A stretch of DNA of 64,000 nt from Phoronis australis. Lineage: Eukaryota > Animalia > Phoronida. Location of the stretch: positions 92,330-156,329 of the forward strand of contig NMRA01000437.1 of assembly GCA_002633005.1 (NCBI GenBank), read 5' to 3'. This document shows, one piece after another, positions 13,219-27,664 of the stretch. Each line of letters begins with the position of its first letter. Position 1 is the stretch's first letter. The position numbers were made by a program, and so were the translations under genes. The notes beneath the pieces are model-generated. The model was not told the DNA's origin and ran no database searches. It saw nothing but the letters and a program-made list of their open reading frames with translations.

Positions 13219-13674
13219 GGCTTTTTGTCAAGATTTTTGTGCTTTGACCGCGAATTTCTTGCGAATTCGGTGGAGCAGGACACCGTAAATGGTATTGGGA
13301 GAAAGAACAATTCCTCATGGTTTGTTGAACTTCTGTTTTGGGTAAATTTATAGAGTTTTGTGTTTGCTATGGACAGCTGAGGAATTTCTAGTTCGAGTGT
13401 CATACCTTGTAGTACTATATATAGTGTATAGGGGATGAACAGAAGCTGAGGACGCCTGTGATTTCAGCTATTCGGGTTATAATTTTTGATTGAACTCCCT
13501 TTGTATGACAATAAGTCTGGTAAATATCAGACAGACGGGTCCGCCTTCAAATTAGCTCCCAGGGACCATCTTTAACTGAATCTGGTTCCAGACAGTCATA
13601 AAGAGGAACCCAATTACTAAATGTCTATTACACGTACACCGCCCGTACACCTAACCAACTAGCGACGTACTGTA

Positions 13675-14498
13675 CACATAGTGTACCTAATTATCGGACG
13701 GAACCTAAATATCGGACATTTCATGGAATCTTACTTGAAGCATAATCTGAGAATTAAATGACACCAATTTTTGTTCCGTAATTGTAATGCATTCAATGTC
13801 CGGCACCGTCTCGTTTTTTACAGCGTTGCCTCGTTTTGATTTCACCGAGAGAGGGTGCAATTTAGACCCCCAAGTCGGCCTAAAATGGACGATCGCATAA
13901 ATCGGTTATAAAAGTTGAAAATAAAAGCTTTTTCCACAATGAAACCATCTCATTGAACTGACAATATGTCACTGTTACATTTTTTCGTTTGTTTTTAAAC
14001 TCAAGTCAAACCCCGACCGCGCACGTGCGGGTGTCATATCAAGAAGCCTAAGTGATACTAAAAACTGCAGTGAGTTTGCACGTGCTTTAGTCGTCTGCAC
14101 TAATTCATCGAAACGACTTGGCGCCGTCATCAGATTTCATTTCATGGATAATTTTGTTGCGAATGGACCTGGGTTCTAGCAGCATATATGTCAAAACACT
14201 CGAGCTGAAATTTGGCGACAAGGTGCCCGCGGCCATTACGTGGTTAGTCAGTTTTCCGCGGTGTGGCGTATGGAGAAACATGGTGTCCGATATTTAGGTT
14301 CTCCGAAGGTTTGGTTGTTGTGTTTTTTGAAGATCAGTCGGAACATAAATGTGGCTTTCAGTGACAAGATATAGTAACAGAACAATTCCGTGAAGGTAAA
14401 TCTTTATTTCAGCAAAGAATTTACAACAATCCGTAATATTTTCAATTAAATATAATGCAAAATGTGCCAAAACGTCCGATAATTAGGTCACTTGACTG
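13675..14498. mobile_element. Tc1/mariner-pogo-type MITE
   Basis: Inverted termini containing acctaattatcggacg / cgtccgataattaggt; TA on both flanks. Confidence 0.7.
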
Positions 14499-14613
14499 TA
14501 CACTGTCTACAGATCGAAACCCGGCTCGGCATTTGCATTAAATGTAAGGGTCAGCGAGTCTGTAGCCCCTCAAATAAAACCTCAAAGAAATCAAAGCAAC
14601 ACCATCTACTTAC

Positions 14614-14629
14614 GGACTAGCATGCGCAT
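14614..14629 (-). CDS. Gene A putative first coding exon (MRMLV)
   Basis: ATG followed by a strong gtaagt donor in phase 1; completes a plausible signal peptide. Confidence 0.55.
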
Positions 14630-17600
14630 TATACAACAGTTTCAAATCTTCTCAATTCCTCAAAACAGAAGTCTACTATTTCACCAAATAATTGCAAAAC
14701 ATCCGGAGCGGAAATATTGCGAAACACAACTCTGAAATCAGGAGAGTTGTGGCCAGTAGAGGGGGCTGCCGTACCTAGCCGCGAAGTCGGTCTGGGTTGT
14801 TCGGTGCCGCCGGGGTTGCCCGGCAGTGCACGAAACAGCCCCGAATAGGGACTCAACTAGTCCCTTGAATCTTTTGCTCATCTGTGTCTTTGTTAACTCA
14901 CAGACGTAATCCTTTTCTATCATTTCATTTTTATTACGAGCTCATCTCTGACTAATGAAATTTTCTAATAACATATCTAAAAACTGTTCCCCGCCGAATT
15001 CAATGAAAATAAATAGGTCTTTAGTAAGTTAGGGGCGTTGTGGCGTGAAAAAAAAGCTATTTTCGATAATATTGAAAATTCGACATCAATTTCACTCTCG
15101 ATTTGTAGATCAAACCCGAAAATTGACTTAGTGATGAAACTAAAACAGCATAAAGGACAATAAGTCGGTGTTTCAACAAATACCGTGACAGTAAATTTAG
15201 GGAACCGAAGTTGAGTTCCCGCTATTAGGGCCTCTTTCGTGCACTAACACGGCGGGCACAGGCCCCCAAAATCTCATCATTAAGGGCCTATATGTGAATA
15301 ATCAAGTTTGACAGAACGGTCATTGTCATGACTCAATCAGACCCCAGGAAACCCTAGCTGTAGTGTGGTCAGTTGAACTGTAACACTCGTGAGTTTAACC
15401 TTAGCATGGCTCACTTGAATTTTGCGTCATAGACTGGCTGAACACACAAGAAAGATGTCAACAATACCATGAGTACTAATTCTATCAACCCTGTTTTATT
15501 TTCCTTCGCTCACAGTAACTTTTCACCACTTGGGTTTCTGTTTGAGACTCCACTGACCCTCTCACTTGTAGATAAGAATACTTCCTAACTGTAAAACTAA
15601 ATTATAGTTTGCGATGGAGAAGGTGGAGATATTTTTCTCTAGTTCAAAAATCAAATGTGTTCACTGATTAGATAGAGCTTTTTAAAGTGATATATATTTA
15701 TTGAAGAATACACAGAACATACAAAGAAATAATAACAAATCCAGAAACCGCTTAATAGTAGGCAAACCATATGCCGCTTTCATCATTGATGAACACCATT
15801 TTCTTATCAACGCAGTTTGAGTTATAGAAACTCCAAATCTCTTACCAACTCAATATTTCTTGATCAAAAGCTGTCCTGTGATCACTGATTTATGGAAAAC
15901 AACAGACTTACGTGTGATGTGTGCCTCGTTGCTTTAGGTGTGTTCAAGCTATTTTGACATTTTATGTTAATATATTTTTCCAAATGTTGCGGAAATGATT
16001 CAAGGAACTGGGCAATTGGAACTGTATCCTGTCATAACTCTGAAAGGCTAGCTTGTGCTGTGGAGGGCATTTCTTCTGATGGTTCATTTACCCCTGTCAT
16101 TTTTATAAGAGGATACGAAATGTGTTTCCAATTGTTTTTACTCTGATGCATTTAATACAAAACGTGTTCTCTTAAACTGCAATATTTGCCGATACGAAGA
16201 CAATATAAAATTATACTCTGTATCAATTAAGTTACAGAAACATATATATTTTTTTATTTCAGTTCCTATTTTAAAATGTTGAGATCAGTATCCCTACTCA
16301 GTCGTTTTATACTTTCTTTTTTCTTTTTCTTACATTACAAGTACATTTACGCCAAGCAGATACACCGCCACATCTACTTGAAAGTTTAATAACTATCTTA
16401 ATTCGCAATTATGATGATTTGGGAACAGCCAACCACCTTCCCCAACCCTCTCCCACAAACAGTGGTCGGTGATGGTTTTGCGTGATTTTGTTGTGTTTCA
16501 CGGTTTTTAACATAACCTTGGCATCAACATTTATTTAAAAGTTTTGTCCGGGTGACTTAATCCGTTTGAAAAGGCACTGACTTCATATCACGATATCAGT
16601 TTGCAGTTTTACCAGCTTAAATTATTCTCGGTCAGGCTCCTCGTGCATGCTTCCTTCAGTTTCGGTTTTTGGGACTCACGGTTTCGATTTACCTCAGATA
16701 AGTAAAATAGAGTCTATATAGGAAATAAATATCCATTATACATGTCAAAAAACGACTATCATCAGCCTTCATTTTTCACTGAACGTGTAAGCGGACGACG
16801 CGCGCGGCGGATGCCGTGTCCGGTACCGCAGACTGACTGATAAATCGGCACCTGTTCACGCTCGGTCTTAGCAGCGCTGCAGCAAATGGTTTTCAGCAGT
16901 TTCAAATGCCGATTACAAACCTAATCCACATATAGGCAGGTTCAGGGTCCAGGCGAAAAAACAAAAAACGCCGTCGAAGCTATACAGCCTGTACATTTCG
17001 ACGGTTTTAGGGGCTACGCGGAGTACGTTGTACTGAGTCACTGAAACCGGCAATGTCTTTGGGCCGGAAAAGTTTAATAGTAATGGTTGCTTAGATACGA
17101 AAGTCACGAAATGGATGAGTCACAATACTATTGGTTCACTGTTTTAGGAAGCTGACTTCATTTTTTCATTCACATTACCCCGCTGACCTACGAGGACAAT
17201 CTGAATCAACACCTGGATGTGAACCCAAAGCCCCCTTTGTTTGATCATTATGTACTCGGTAGCCCATTTCAAAATTTAATTCGTATTGCAACCGAACCCG
17301 GTTTTCAAAGGCTTGACTGATATCAATATTCTTATGTAGCGTCAGGTTCCGATGTCACGAGGCCACGCGCGGAGAATCGGAATGCAATGATGTAAACACG
17401 CATCACTGAACTCAAAACTGTTGTCAAATAAAAGCCCATCCTGTCCTTAGTTGACATTTCGATTTATTTCATCCAGTATTTTATTGCTCTGCATATGCAT
17501 CACTAATGCGATAACTACTCTGCACCACACAAATCAAAGAGCTTTAAGATCAACTTTTGAGATGTCAAGGCGACGCCGCCGGGTTGATGGGGCTGGCATA

Positions 17601-19924
17601 GACAAAGTAAGTGCCTCGGTTTCCGGAGGTATCGTCCTCCAAGGGATCTGCTCAATCGATTTTGAACCCGAGGACAACCGCACCGTCTGGTTTTTCCCAA
17701 ATATCGCTTATTAATGCAGAAAATTTTATGAGGAATATGATCTGAACTTCTTCAAGAACTTGCAAATTTGTTCGTGGACTTGACCGTATCGGGTACATGT
17801 ATGTAACAGTCCACTAAGTCGAAAACTCCGGCAAACCCAATATTGGATAGTTCTTCATGGCGCTAGCCTACATAAAGTGCGTAATCGCGCCATTTTCCGA
17901 ATTATGTACAAGTTTCTCTACGACAATATCCGTGCGTGGGTCCTTCGTATATGTTTACAGTTTTAGCAAACGCTTCTCTACCAATGACCACATAAATTGA
18001 CGGTTCAGTGTGGATCTGATCTTCGAGAGAACATCCCAACTTGCTGGTAATTTAATTATGAAATTTCAAATTTTCTTGGATCACAAAAACATCTCAGATC
18101 TCACAAAAAGAACAAAAAATCAAACAGTTAGCGTCTGGAATTATTGTTGAGCGATCGTGACTTTTGATCAATGCATGCAAGTGAATCACAAAACTTGTTG
18201 GACACAAAGTGAATAGTCAGCCAACCCAGCACGCTTATTGTTGCCGGGAGTTAAATCTTTGGCACTCAACCGGGCGCACATCGGAGTTAGCCTCCCTTCC
18301 GCACACGATGAAAACCCCACCGACACGTGGTTCAGCTGCTGGAATCCATAATAAACGTACACATAGTGTAATTTACCGGCTTACTGAGTGTGAAAATTGT
18401 GACCCAGCAGTGCAAGTACAAGCAAATGGCGAATGTGAATATTACATTGATCTGAATTTTAACGTTTACATTTTTGATGTTGCGAAAACGAACCTTTTCT
18501 CGTGTTGATGGAGCAAATCCTGAGACACGGGTAACTGTCAAATGTGAATTTCAGCGAACAAGCAGCTGGTAATTGTTCAGCGTAACTATAACGGCAACTA
18601 ATTATGTACCTATGAAAATGTTTAATTTTCTGTTTGGTGATGCTGCGAAGACTCTTTGTTCGGTTGCCCAAGTCCCAAATAAATACCCATAACTGAACCT
18701 TGAGTTCAATGAAAATAAATAGGGTCTTAGTTCTTAATCTGGGGGCGCTGCATAAAAAGATCTTTATTTATTTTCAATATTGAAAACTCAACCTACGTAC
18801 AGGTAAAGTTCAATCTCGATTTGTATCAAAGCCAAAATTTAAAGAAACTAAAACAGCCAGCATCAGAAAGGTCAACCGGTGTTTTTCCAATCCATTAAAT
18901 AATGCAGTAAATTTAAGGAACTTAGTTGTGTCCCTATTTGGGTTTGTTTCGCCCATGCAACCACTGAGGACGCGGTGCCCTGTCGCGTGCTTCAAATGTA
19001 CTGTGCCGGGTCCATCCGACGACGGTCGGGGCGGGAAACCATGACTCGCGGATTTGTTATATATCGGTCCATTTCACAATTATGGTAGTTCGTAGCAAAA
19101 ACACCGCGGGAGCCTAGCGAAACTGTGGCACAGTTTACTAAGAAACCTAACACTAGCTCGTCAGTCTCGATAAACTTTCAAGTTAAAGCATAAACAAAAA
19201 TTTCTTTAATGATATTGTCTAGATGACGAAAGTGTGTAATTTTTCCTATTGTTTAATGTGTAACTAAGTAGTTTTCGTTTATTGTTTTTCTGAATTTAAT
19301 TAGATCGAGTTATTGTTCATATCTACCGTCTGCGTAATTTTAATAAATTTATTTATTTATGTCCGTGCTTCGCGTGAGGTCCATGTTTTAGACTTTTCTG
19401 TTTTCCTAGGCATTTTTCATGTGCCGTCATGCATGGAGGGCGCACCATAGGGGGTTGGAAGGAGGCGCTGTAGCTCCCCACTTTTCAATGCTCCAGCGCC
19501 CGTCATGTGCCACTTTAGTGTACAGTATACTGCATGTTTATAATTTAATTCGAGATTAAGCAACCGAATATGAGCCAGGGATAGGTCATTGATTGTATTA
19601 AAAGGTTGCTGTTGTTGATGCTACTTGAACACGCCGGGGCAGTGTCACCTGTACTGCGGTCACAATCCAGTGGCGGATCTAGGATATCACAAGGGGGGGG
19701 GGCCAACATTTTGTCCGGCTGAAAGCATTTGCGTAAAGTCAACCACAATTGTAGATGCGCATAGCATCGAATGGGGGGAGGTCGGGAGGGAGGTTTACCC
19801 CCCTCCCGCCCAGGAAATTTTTCTGTTTTTACCTCTATAAATCAAGCATTTTCCTTGATTCCTGAAGTATTATCCAAGAAAAAAAGCAAAAAAACGGAGA
19901 TCGTGTCAAACAGGAAAAAGTGCA

Positions 19925-19995
19925 AATTCCGAAGATTCGAACACGCGACCTGGCGGTCTGAGCGCACGTGCATAACCACTACACCACTACGAACC
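19925..19995 (-). repeat. tRNA-derived SINE head or pseudo-tRNA
   Basis: A-box tggtgtagtgg and B-box gttcgaatc at tRNA-like spacing; no convincing acceptor stem. Confidence 0.5.
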
Positions 19996-22110
19996 AACTA
20001 CTAAACATTCACTTAGAGACCTACTCGTTTATGGTCCACAGCGTTTGCGCGCGAAACCTACTTCTTTTTGTAATGCTTATTACACGTTTTAAATTTTGTT
20101 CCATCAATTTTAACAAATTTGTCGAGCGGTAGACCGACAGCATTCAATGTACGTAATGATAGTACGATATACCATGGGCGACTCAGCACTAAAAAGTGAG
20201 GGGAGGGGGGGCTCATAGCCCCGAGCCTCCCTATGGTGCATCGTCCATAAACAATGGGCGGCGCGCAGGAGGGGTCCGGCTATAGCCCCAGCCCTCAATG
20301 GTGCGCCGCCCATTCACCCATTAGTCACCTCGCGTTTGACGACAAAATAGCTAAACGTGACGTCATTAGTCTGAGAATACTTTATAGTCTCCTGCACAGA
20401 CCCTCTCTAGATATTGGTTGGCAAGCCGTGACGTCAGCGTGTGACGCCCACGGAACCAGGTTAGAGAATGCTATCACTAAACAAACGTACCTATAGCTTC
20501 GACAGCCAACGATAATGACCCTCTAAGACGTCACTGATCGGTATTTCTGAGAATAGTACACTTAAGTTTAATTATTGAGTCATTATAGTTTTGCTTGTCT
20601 GAATATTTTGTATATGTTTGTGCTCCAGATATAAGAAGAAGGCAGAGTGACTATAACACAATTAATAATTACAAAAACAATGACGTATTCAAGTCAGCAC
20701 TCTCAACAAACACTGGTGCACAGACAACTAAGGCATGGTCCGAGAACCTAATTAGTTGAGAAGGTTCCTAGAATGTTTTTTTACCATTCGTAAACTTGGT
20801 TAATTCGTGTCCACAAGGTCTTTTGGCCGCTCCCCCGGACCCGCTTTCGTTAGCAGTTTTGGACAATAAATTTTAAACTCATTAAGCCCGGAACAGAAAA
20901 CTAGTCGTGAAAAGTCATGTTTCTGGTCTCAAGTAGCCTACTGTTTTCAGGTTGTGTCGGTGGGAATACCACGTAGGGCCAGGGGGTTTTCCCGCAGACC
21001 CAAATTAAACATTAAGTCCTAAGTGCGTCGCTGCCAAGAAATGTATTTCCTGGTATGACGTCACCAGTCGCGGAAAAACAACACATGCAAGAAACTGCGC
21101 CCGCCTGAACCTTCCGAAATGCAGCGAAAGCGCCGCTGATTATTCGGTCAATCGCGTTCACTTGTAAGTAATTTTCAACTGTAAGGTGTTTAAGTGTAAC
21201 CCATAGCAATTGTTAGTTTGCAATCTGAAACGTTAAGGACGCAGTCACAGACCTGACGGTGACGAGTTGAGTTTCGTCCATCCCCGTCCCTGGGTCAGTG
21301 AAGTCTGACTCTGAAGACACATCCGGAGCTTGTCCCTCTTTTACTTCGGATGTAAGACGTTAACATGGAAACGTTTCTCAGATTGTCTAATTATTTCTAT
21401 AGATAAGAGTAGATATTAGTCGGATTATGTGGTCCCTGATTTGGCGAACCAATAAACCATGCTTTAGCCCCCCTAGCCCTTTCGCCCAAATGGTTGTTAT
21501 TTCACCAAAATAATTGGAGCGTCGACGTGCCGCTGTTAAATCCACCTGGTTGGTTCGAAGTTAAATGGTACTGTTAACTCTGATTCAGGACTGTAGCTAA
21601 CCATTCATACTAACCACAACTCCCCAAAATATCCACACTAGAAAGGGCCAGCTTTTGTAATCTCCTTTGATCTACACTCTACAGGAGTATGAAATGGATT
21701 GTACTTTATGTCTTTAAGGAAATCTTCTCCCAAGGATGTTAACTGCAAGTGAAAATTTGTTAATTTTTACAAGTGTTTCCAGATGGATTGATTGGTGGTG
21801 AGCCCAGTGTGGCATCAAGTGATTTTTTTGAGTCGAATTAAACAAGTTTTATCAGCTAGCATGCATTTGTGGAAGTGCCAAATTTATAGTTGTTTTGTAT
21901 GTCTTCTCATCAAGACAATCCCTTTCGGTCTTGATGTTGTTGACAAAAAAAATCCAAATCATGTTTTCATAAAAAGTCCAAACTTTTGGTAATACTATGC
22001 TGTAGTTAAACATTCTATAAACAGTTCCTTGTAGTGTTTGGAGAACCAAATATATTGTGTTTGTAGTATGCAGATCATTATAGTTTGGTAGCAGCCCTTC
22101 ATTGGTGCAT

Positions 22111-22493
22111 ACTTGGTTGAAGGCACGACTATACTTTTTGTTTGACAGCTTTATATATTGATCGTGGAGTCTATCGATTAGCTACGAAAACCTGTGCTGA
22201 ATCAGCTACAGCTCCCAGGCAGACTGTGTGCCCTTAGGTTTGGTAGCTTTCTACATTCACACTGTCGGCTTGTTTGCCCGTTACCGTTTATTTCACTGTT
22301 CATTTCACGTCCTACAAATTTGATTCACCTATTGCCTGATGAGACATGTCTCGAAGAATAGCAACTGTAACTTGTTTGTACGCTACGTCTCTTGGTGTGT
22401 TGCTTCGTAACAGTACACCTGAGTATAGGAGATTGTTTATAGACTACGAGTATATTTGTCTAACAAAAAGCACAGTCATGCCTTCAACCAAGT
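22111..22493. mobile_element. Penelope-like pLTR fold-back with hammerhead-like core
   Basis: Inverted arms ~22111-22174 / ~22439-22493; ctattgcCTGATGAgacatgtctcGAAgaatag at 22329-22361; same family as 45081-46168. Confidence 0.5.
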
Positions 22494-23415
22494 TTGTATT
22501 ATAATTATGTGCAAATGTTGGCATTTTTTTAGGGTTACTTTAAGACTTTCAAGGATGTGATTTTCTTACTCTATCATGCCATACTCTACTGAGTAAACGT
22601 CCAGCACTATTCTGTCGTAAATTGAGAAAAACTTCTGGTAACCAGGCATGGTTGTTTGAGAAGTTCAGTTTAGGTGTTTACTTGAATGGTTGATTTACTC
22701 ACACCATTGCGTTCACTGTTCTTTATCCCACAAGTATAATTACAATATGAATAAGCTAAAAGAATCATTTCTCCTCTCTTTTAACAAAGAGCACGAATTT
22801 CCCAGCCAATTGAGACAAAAATTGTCTTGAGACAGGTGTTCCCAAGTGCACTGACTATGCCAAGGAAATCTAAAGTGTATAAATTCAGTGTTCTCCACTA
22901 CAAAATATTCAAATTCGTCTTGAATTTCAAAATTCATGTACATGTGGTCAAAATCAATGTTTATATTGTTGGGATTTTGTACGTTAAGGCTTGAAATAAA
23001 TACACTAAACTGGTAACAAAAGTACAGCATGTCCTAATTTGCTGGGAAATGACTAATCTCCCAATAATTCAAACTCGTTGCACGGGTTTTTAAACTTGAC
23101 AAAAGTGAGCCAAACTCGTCACAGCAAAATTTAAATTTGACGCAGTGATGAGTCAAAATAAGATGTGGAGAACGCTGTAATTGGGGGCAGGTTCAAGCCG
23201 AACGAGTGGAGATTTGGAGATTTCAGGGGTGGATGTTGAGTCAAATGTAGGCATTAACCTGTTGTTTCTGCAGTGATTGTATCAAACACATTTATCAAAT
23301 TTGCATGTATGTTTAATTTGTTCTCACAAAGGTGAATTCTAATTTGAATTAAAAGCGAGAATTTTTGTAAAAAATGTTGCATTCTCTGAATTAATCAAAA
23401 TAGGCCGCCATCTTC

Positions 23416-24911
23416 TTAGACGTTGACAAACCACTTGAGCGCCACCCTGTCTTGGTTGTGGCCTCGTGGGTTGTGCGTGCCGACTGTGTAACGAATCATG
23501 TCTCGTTTTCCTTCTGTGGTGACTATGGAGAACCACCAGTATGGGTTGGATTGAATTTCGTATTCGAACTGGTTACCACTGGCTGACTGGACGCTGACAT
23601 GCTTGACGTTCTGAGCCGCAACTGCACCAGCGCCGGACACACGCAGAGCCAAGTTGTGAGCAGGGAAGGATGAGTAAGCATCTTGGTTGTCCTGAGTGAC
23701 AATCTGTACCGAGGCGCCACGTTTGATCGCTGTTACCAGTTCGCTTCGGCTTCCACCAATAACTGTTCCATCTGATCGGTGAGACAATGCCATCTTCATT
23801 GGCCGCGTCTCGACATACCAGTTGATCTCCATCTTTGAGGTGGTAATGCCACGTGCTGTGTTTTCTCCTACATTGTATCTTGTATCTGTCACCCTTCCTG
23901 TAGTTGATTTCATTTGCCAGTACCAGTACGCATTGTTCTGGAATTGTTTTGGACCTGCTTTGCTGACGTGCCCAAGGTTTTGAACAGTAACATGACCATT
24001 GCGCACCCATATGAAGTCCGCTTCAGTGATGTACATACTGTGACTGGTTTTATCCTGTGTCATCACTCGTACCCTCTTGCCAGCCCTGATTTCATTGATT
24101 AAGTCTTGCCTTGTGCCAAACTTGGCTTCACCGTTTTCACCACTAGTGTAGACAAGTTTCCAGCAACGATCAGCGAACCAGGTGAATGACTCTTTGTCAG
24201 AAGTGTGGCCTCTATCTATGTGTTCACCTACAGTCCATCTTGACATGTCGCGGGTGCCATCTGTTGATACAGTTGTGAACCACCAGTAAGCATTAGACTG
24301 GAAGGTGGCCACGTTTCCAGATGATGTAGCGCTCACATGATTCAAGCTCTGTCCAGAAACAAAACTGCCATCTATTGGTGCGTGTATATTCTGCATGGAA
24401 AAAGAGTAACTGTTTCCGGAAATACCCCTTATATCTGCTCCGTTGTCTGCTATAGAGTCAGCCAAAGAGAACAGTGCTCCTCCTGTCCTGGCTCCTGTAG
24501 CGTTGTTTTGGTAATAAGCTACTCGACTGGGACCAGGATATTTAACAAACCAGGAAGCTCCCACCTTTGTTTTGGTGTCTCCCCTGAACGTACTGGCGCC
24601 CACGTTGTATCGTGTCATATGAACGTGTGCAGAAGAGCACAGATACACCCACCACCAGTATGCGTTATCTTGGAATTTGTCAAAGCCATTCTTACTCACT
24701 GCCTGAAGAAGCTGTATACATACGTCGGCATTATTTGGCATGATGTGAATGTTATCAGCTTCGGCGCTATAGCCTCCACTACCCCAAGCACTAACAAAGA
24801 CCCTCACTCTGGCCCCTTGTCGTACTGCATTCACCAGGTTAGACTTGCTCCCTTCAGCAACAGACCCTGTAGCAGTTGTCCTTACAGCCAATTGCCATCC
24901 TAGGGCACACT
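23416..24911 (-). CDS. Gene B1 exon 2: mature region of a secreted 527-aa protein with four ~120-aa Trp-rich repeats (family not recognised)
   Basis: 1496-nt open exon after acceptor tttacag; begins (E)CALGWQLAVRTT; TAA stop; ~88% identical paralog at 32557-34052 with no indels. Confidence 0.95.
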
Positions 24912-24982
24912 CTGTAAATTTTAATCAAAGAAATGTCAAGCTCTTAACAAAGGTAAATTATCTCATGCTAAATTCGCCATTT

Positions 24983-25625
24983 AAGTATAGAAAAAATGAA
25001 TCCGGTACTGGGATTGCTTACTTGAGTTAGCTAGGTTGCGTCTATCTCTCACGGACTTCAGCTTGGCTGGTGTTACTGTTCTGGCTAATAGGTGGTGTTT
25101 TAACCACACAGCGCAGCATTCAAGTCAGGACACTATCCCATAAGTGAGATGGAACCTTAATCCACTTCGTTATTCAGAGAAGTACTCTCGATGCATTCAT
25201 GGAGAGCTTCCTTGACACCCCTTCTGAACCAATCATCCTCACAGTCTAGGATAGTGACATCTGCAGTATTAAAATCATGTCCAGTGGCGCACAGTTAGCT
25301 AAAAATAGTGGAATCATACGTGTCCCGTAACTAAGGCAACGATGTTGTGACACACACATTTTTATGGACTGTTTCGTTTCACCTATATAGTGGTTTGAGC
25401 ACTGAAGGTCCTTACACCAGTGTCAAGGAGTCCCTAGTTAAGGTTCTGTCTGTCACACTTATGGGATAGTGTCCTGACTTCAATGCCGCACCGTCTGGTT
25501 AAAACGTCACCTATTAGCCAGAACGATAATAACATCACTAGCCAAGCTGAAGTCCGTGAAACACCGATGCAACATCGTTAACTCAAGTAAGCAATTCCAG
25601 TATTTCATTCAATTTTTCTGTATTT
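24983..25625 (-). mobile_element. 5'-truncated Penelope-like element (GIY-YIG C-terminus) with inverted pLTR, in the B1 intron
   Basis: Decayed translation CSNHYIGETKQ...QHR...GHDFNTADVTILDCEDDWFRRGVKEAL (~25160-25416); inverted arms ~24983-25160 / ~25438-25625. Confidence 0.85.
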
Positions 25626-27664
25626 TGTTACCTTAACTGGATGTCTCAAAACTTTCATGCTTTTAAATTCTCCATTGTTACCTATTTTGCAACATACGAT
25701 TTGCCTGTGATAGTAACATTTCTGAATGACACGTGTGCAGTAAATTCTAGTTTGATAATTAATAACCTAGTTGCGGTACCTTAGTGACTTCCCTTGAAAA
25801 CATGGGATCTAGAACCCCAGTAAATTACATAACCTTTGTGAAAACTTAACCCTTCTCAATGACAGTAGAGACCCCTCAGGAATGTCCGGTAAAGTCTCAC
25901 CAGTTTGGGGTTCAACATGGCGGACAAGTCTAGTGAAATTTCTTTTCTTCACCAAATCAATGCTCTTCTGTACCATAGCTGCTTCCAGACAATAACTTTT
26001 GCATTTGTTATCAAGTCTGGCTTTACCATGGACTTACTAGTACGGTAAAATATCGCCAATTTCATACAAAAATAATTGCCAAAATTATAATTTTTCATTT
26101 TTCAAATACTTCCAACTTCCTGAATGCCTACAATTTTTTAAAATATTGTCTGATGGTATCTATGATTTCGAACTAATTGTTTTTGAAAAAAAAATTATGC
26201 TTGTTCCCCTAATTTTTACTATGTATAAAATATGTGCATGGCTATTTCATTTTCATTTAAATCTCTGAAAATGATCATCAGCTTGTAAAGGATGTTCACT
26301 CTGTCAATTTATATTCATTGAAGTTCGCAAACAAGTTATACATCCTGTTAATGTTGTTTGTGTCAAAAAACAGCAGTCACTGTTAAATCATTGGTGACAT
26401 TTATGAATAACCATTGTTATACCTTGTTCATTTAGTGGGTGAATGGTCTGAAAATAACCCAAAAAGGTCAAAAGGCCACCAAATGTATGTGGTCTCTTAT
26501 TTTATCCCTAACTATTTTTAAAGCCACTTTTTGTCTTGTAAATCACCATAGCAACTTACGCAAGATGAGAAGCATACTACTAAACAACTACTAATGACAC
26601 AATATTCGTAATAGTGAGTGTAATAAGAAAAAATGTGGACTGCAGTTTTATTGTCATTGAAACTGAGAGACCCTCGTTTTTCCGTGTTACTGGAAAACGG
26701 ATGGAATGCTTAGAAACTAACTTCTTTAAGATTATCAGAGTCTTCGAATGGAACTTACATGTTTCAGTAGTAGATTCCATAATTCTAGTACCAAAGCTGT
26801 ATTCTACACCTGTTTAACTTGAATTAGGTCTTTTATTGCAATAAAATTGGTCATATTATATATTCTTGACTGAGGTAGGATCTCATTTGTGTTAGCAAAC
26901 AGAATATCAACCATTTGAGATTCAAAAAACGCTTCAGAGTTTATGTTGGGGTTGACCAACCCAAAACTTGTGAATTCAAATATGGTGAATATATGCATTA
27001 CATGTGACTTAAGTTGGCCACAAAAATGGAATGTTATCACAGTAAGGAATAATTAATACGAGACCTATTTTATGAGAGTAAAACGCCTTTATTCATTCAA
27101 TTTATATTTTTTATCCAGGCAGTTAAACTTTGTTGCAGACTTGGGAGGGGGGTAAAAACACACTCAGGCACCATGGGCAAATACGCAGCCACGCGTCATA
27201 TTGATCAGAATTTGGGACAAACATTGTACTCGGTTGCCCTATTTTTGAAATCCTGGATGAACCTCGGATCCCTTACATTTATGTCATTGTATTTCTTTGT
27301 TTTTATTATGTACTGGCATTGTTTTCAGACACCTTTGCCAACATATAAGAGTCAGAGTCTTGTTAGAGTGCTGTACATAAAGGAAGATTTCTGTGTGGGT
27401 AAGTTTCAATGTGGTTTTTCATCATCTCATTTTTTTTCTAATTCTACCCGACTTGAATATGTCGTAAAAGGCAAACATTGTCTTGTCGAATTTATCAATA
27501 GGAATAATTTGTTTAAAATTATAAGAATGCTGTTTTTTCTGTTATTGTAATGCTAAGCATTTTTAGCAATGCAAAATAAACTTTGAACAATAAATAATGA
27601 AATTGCATTGATACATAATTGTTTGTATTTTAATTTTTAAAAAAATACAGAATGGTTTACTTAC

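Noticed and set aside
19925-19995. Functional tRNA gene
   Set aside because: A and B boxes are present, but the acceptor and anticodon stems do not fold properly; treated as SINE-like
20358-21063. Several TGACGTCA (CRE) palindromes
   Set aside because: They sit in repeat-like CpG-richer DNA far from any mapped promoter, and the same motif appears inside other repeats in the window
24570-24590. RGD motif (TFRGDTK) in both paralogs as an integrin ligand
   Set aside because: RG is the repeat consensus at that position (RGH, RGI, RGH in the other repeats), so RGD is probably incidental
24337-24903. 188-aa + strand ORF and other ORFs overlapping B1/B2
   Set aside because: Antisense or alternate-frame shadows of the real CDS; the long ones are not preserved in the paralog
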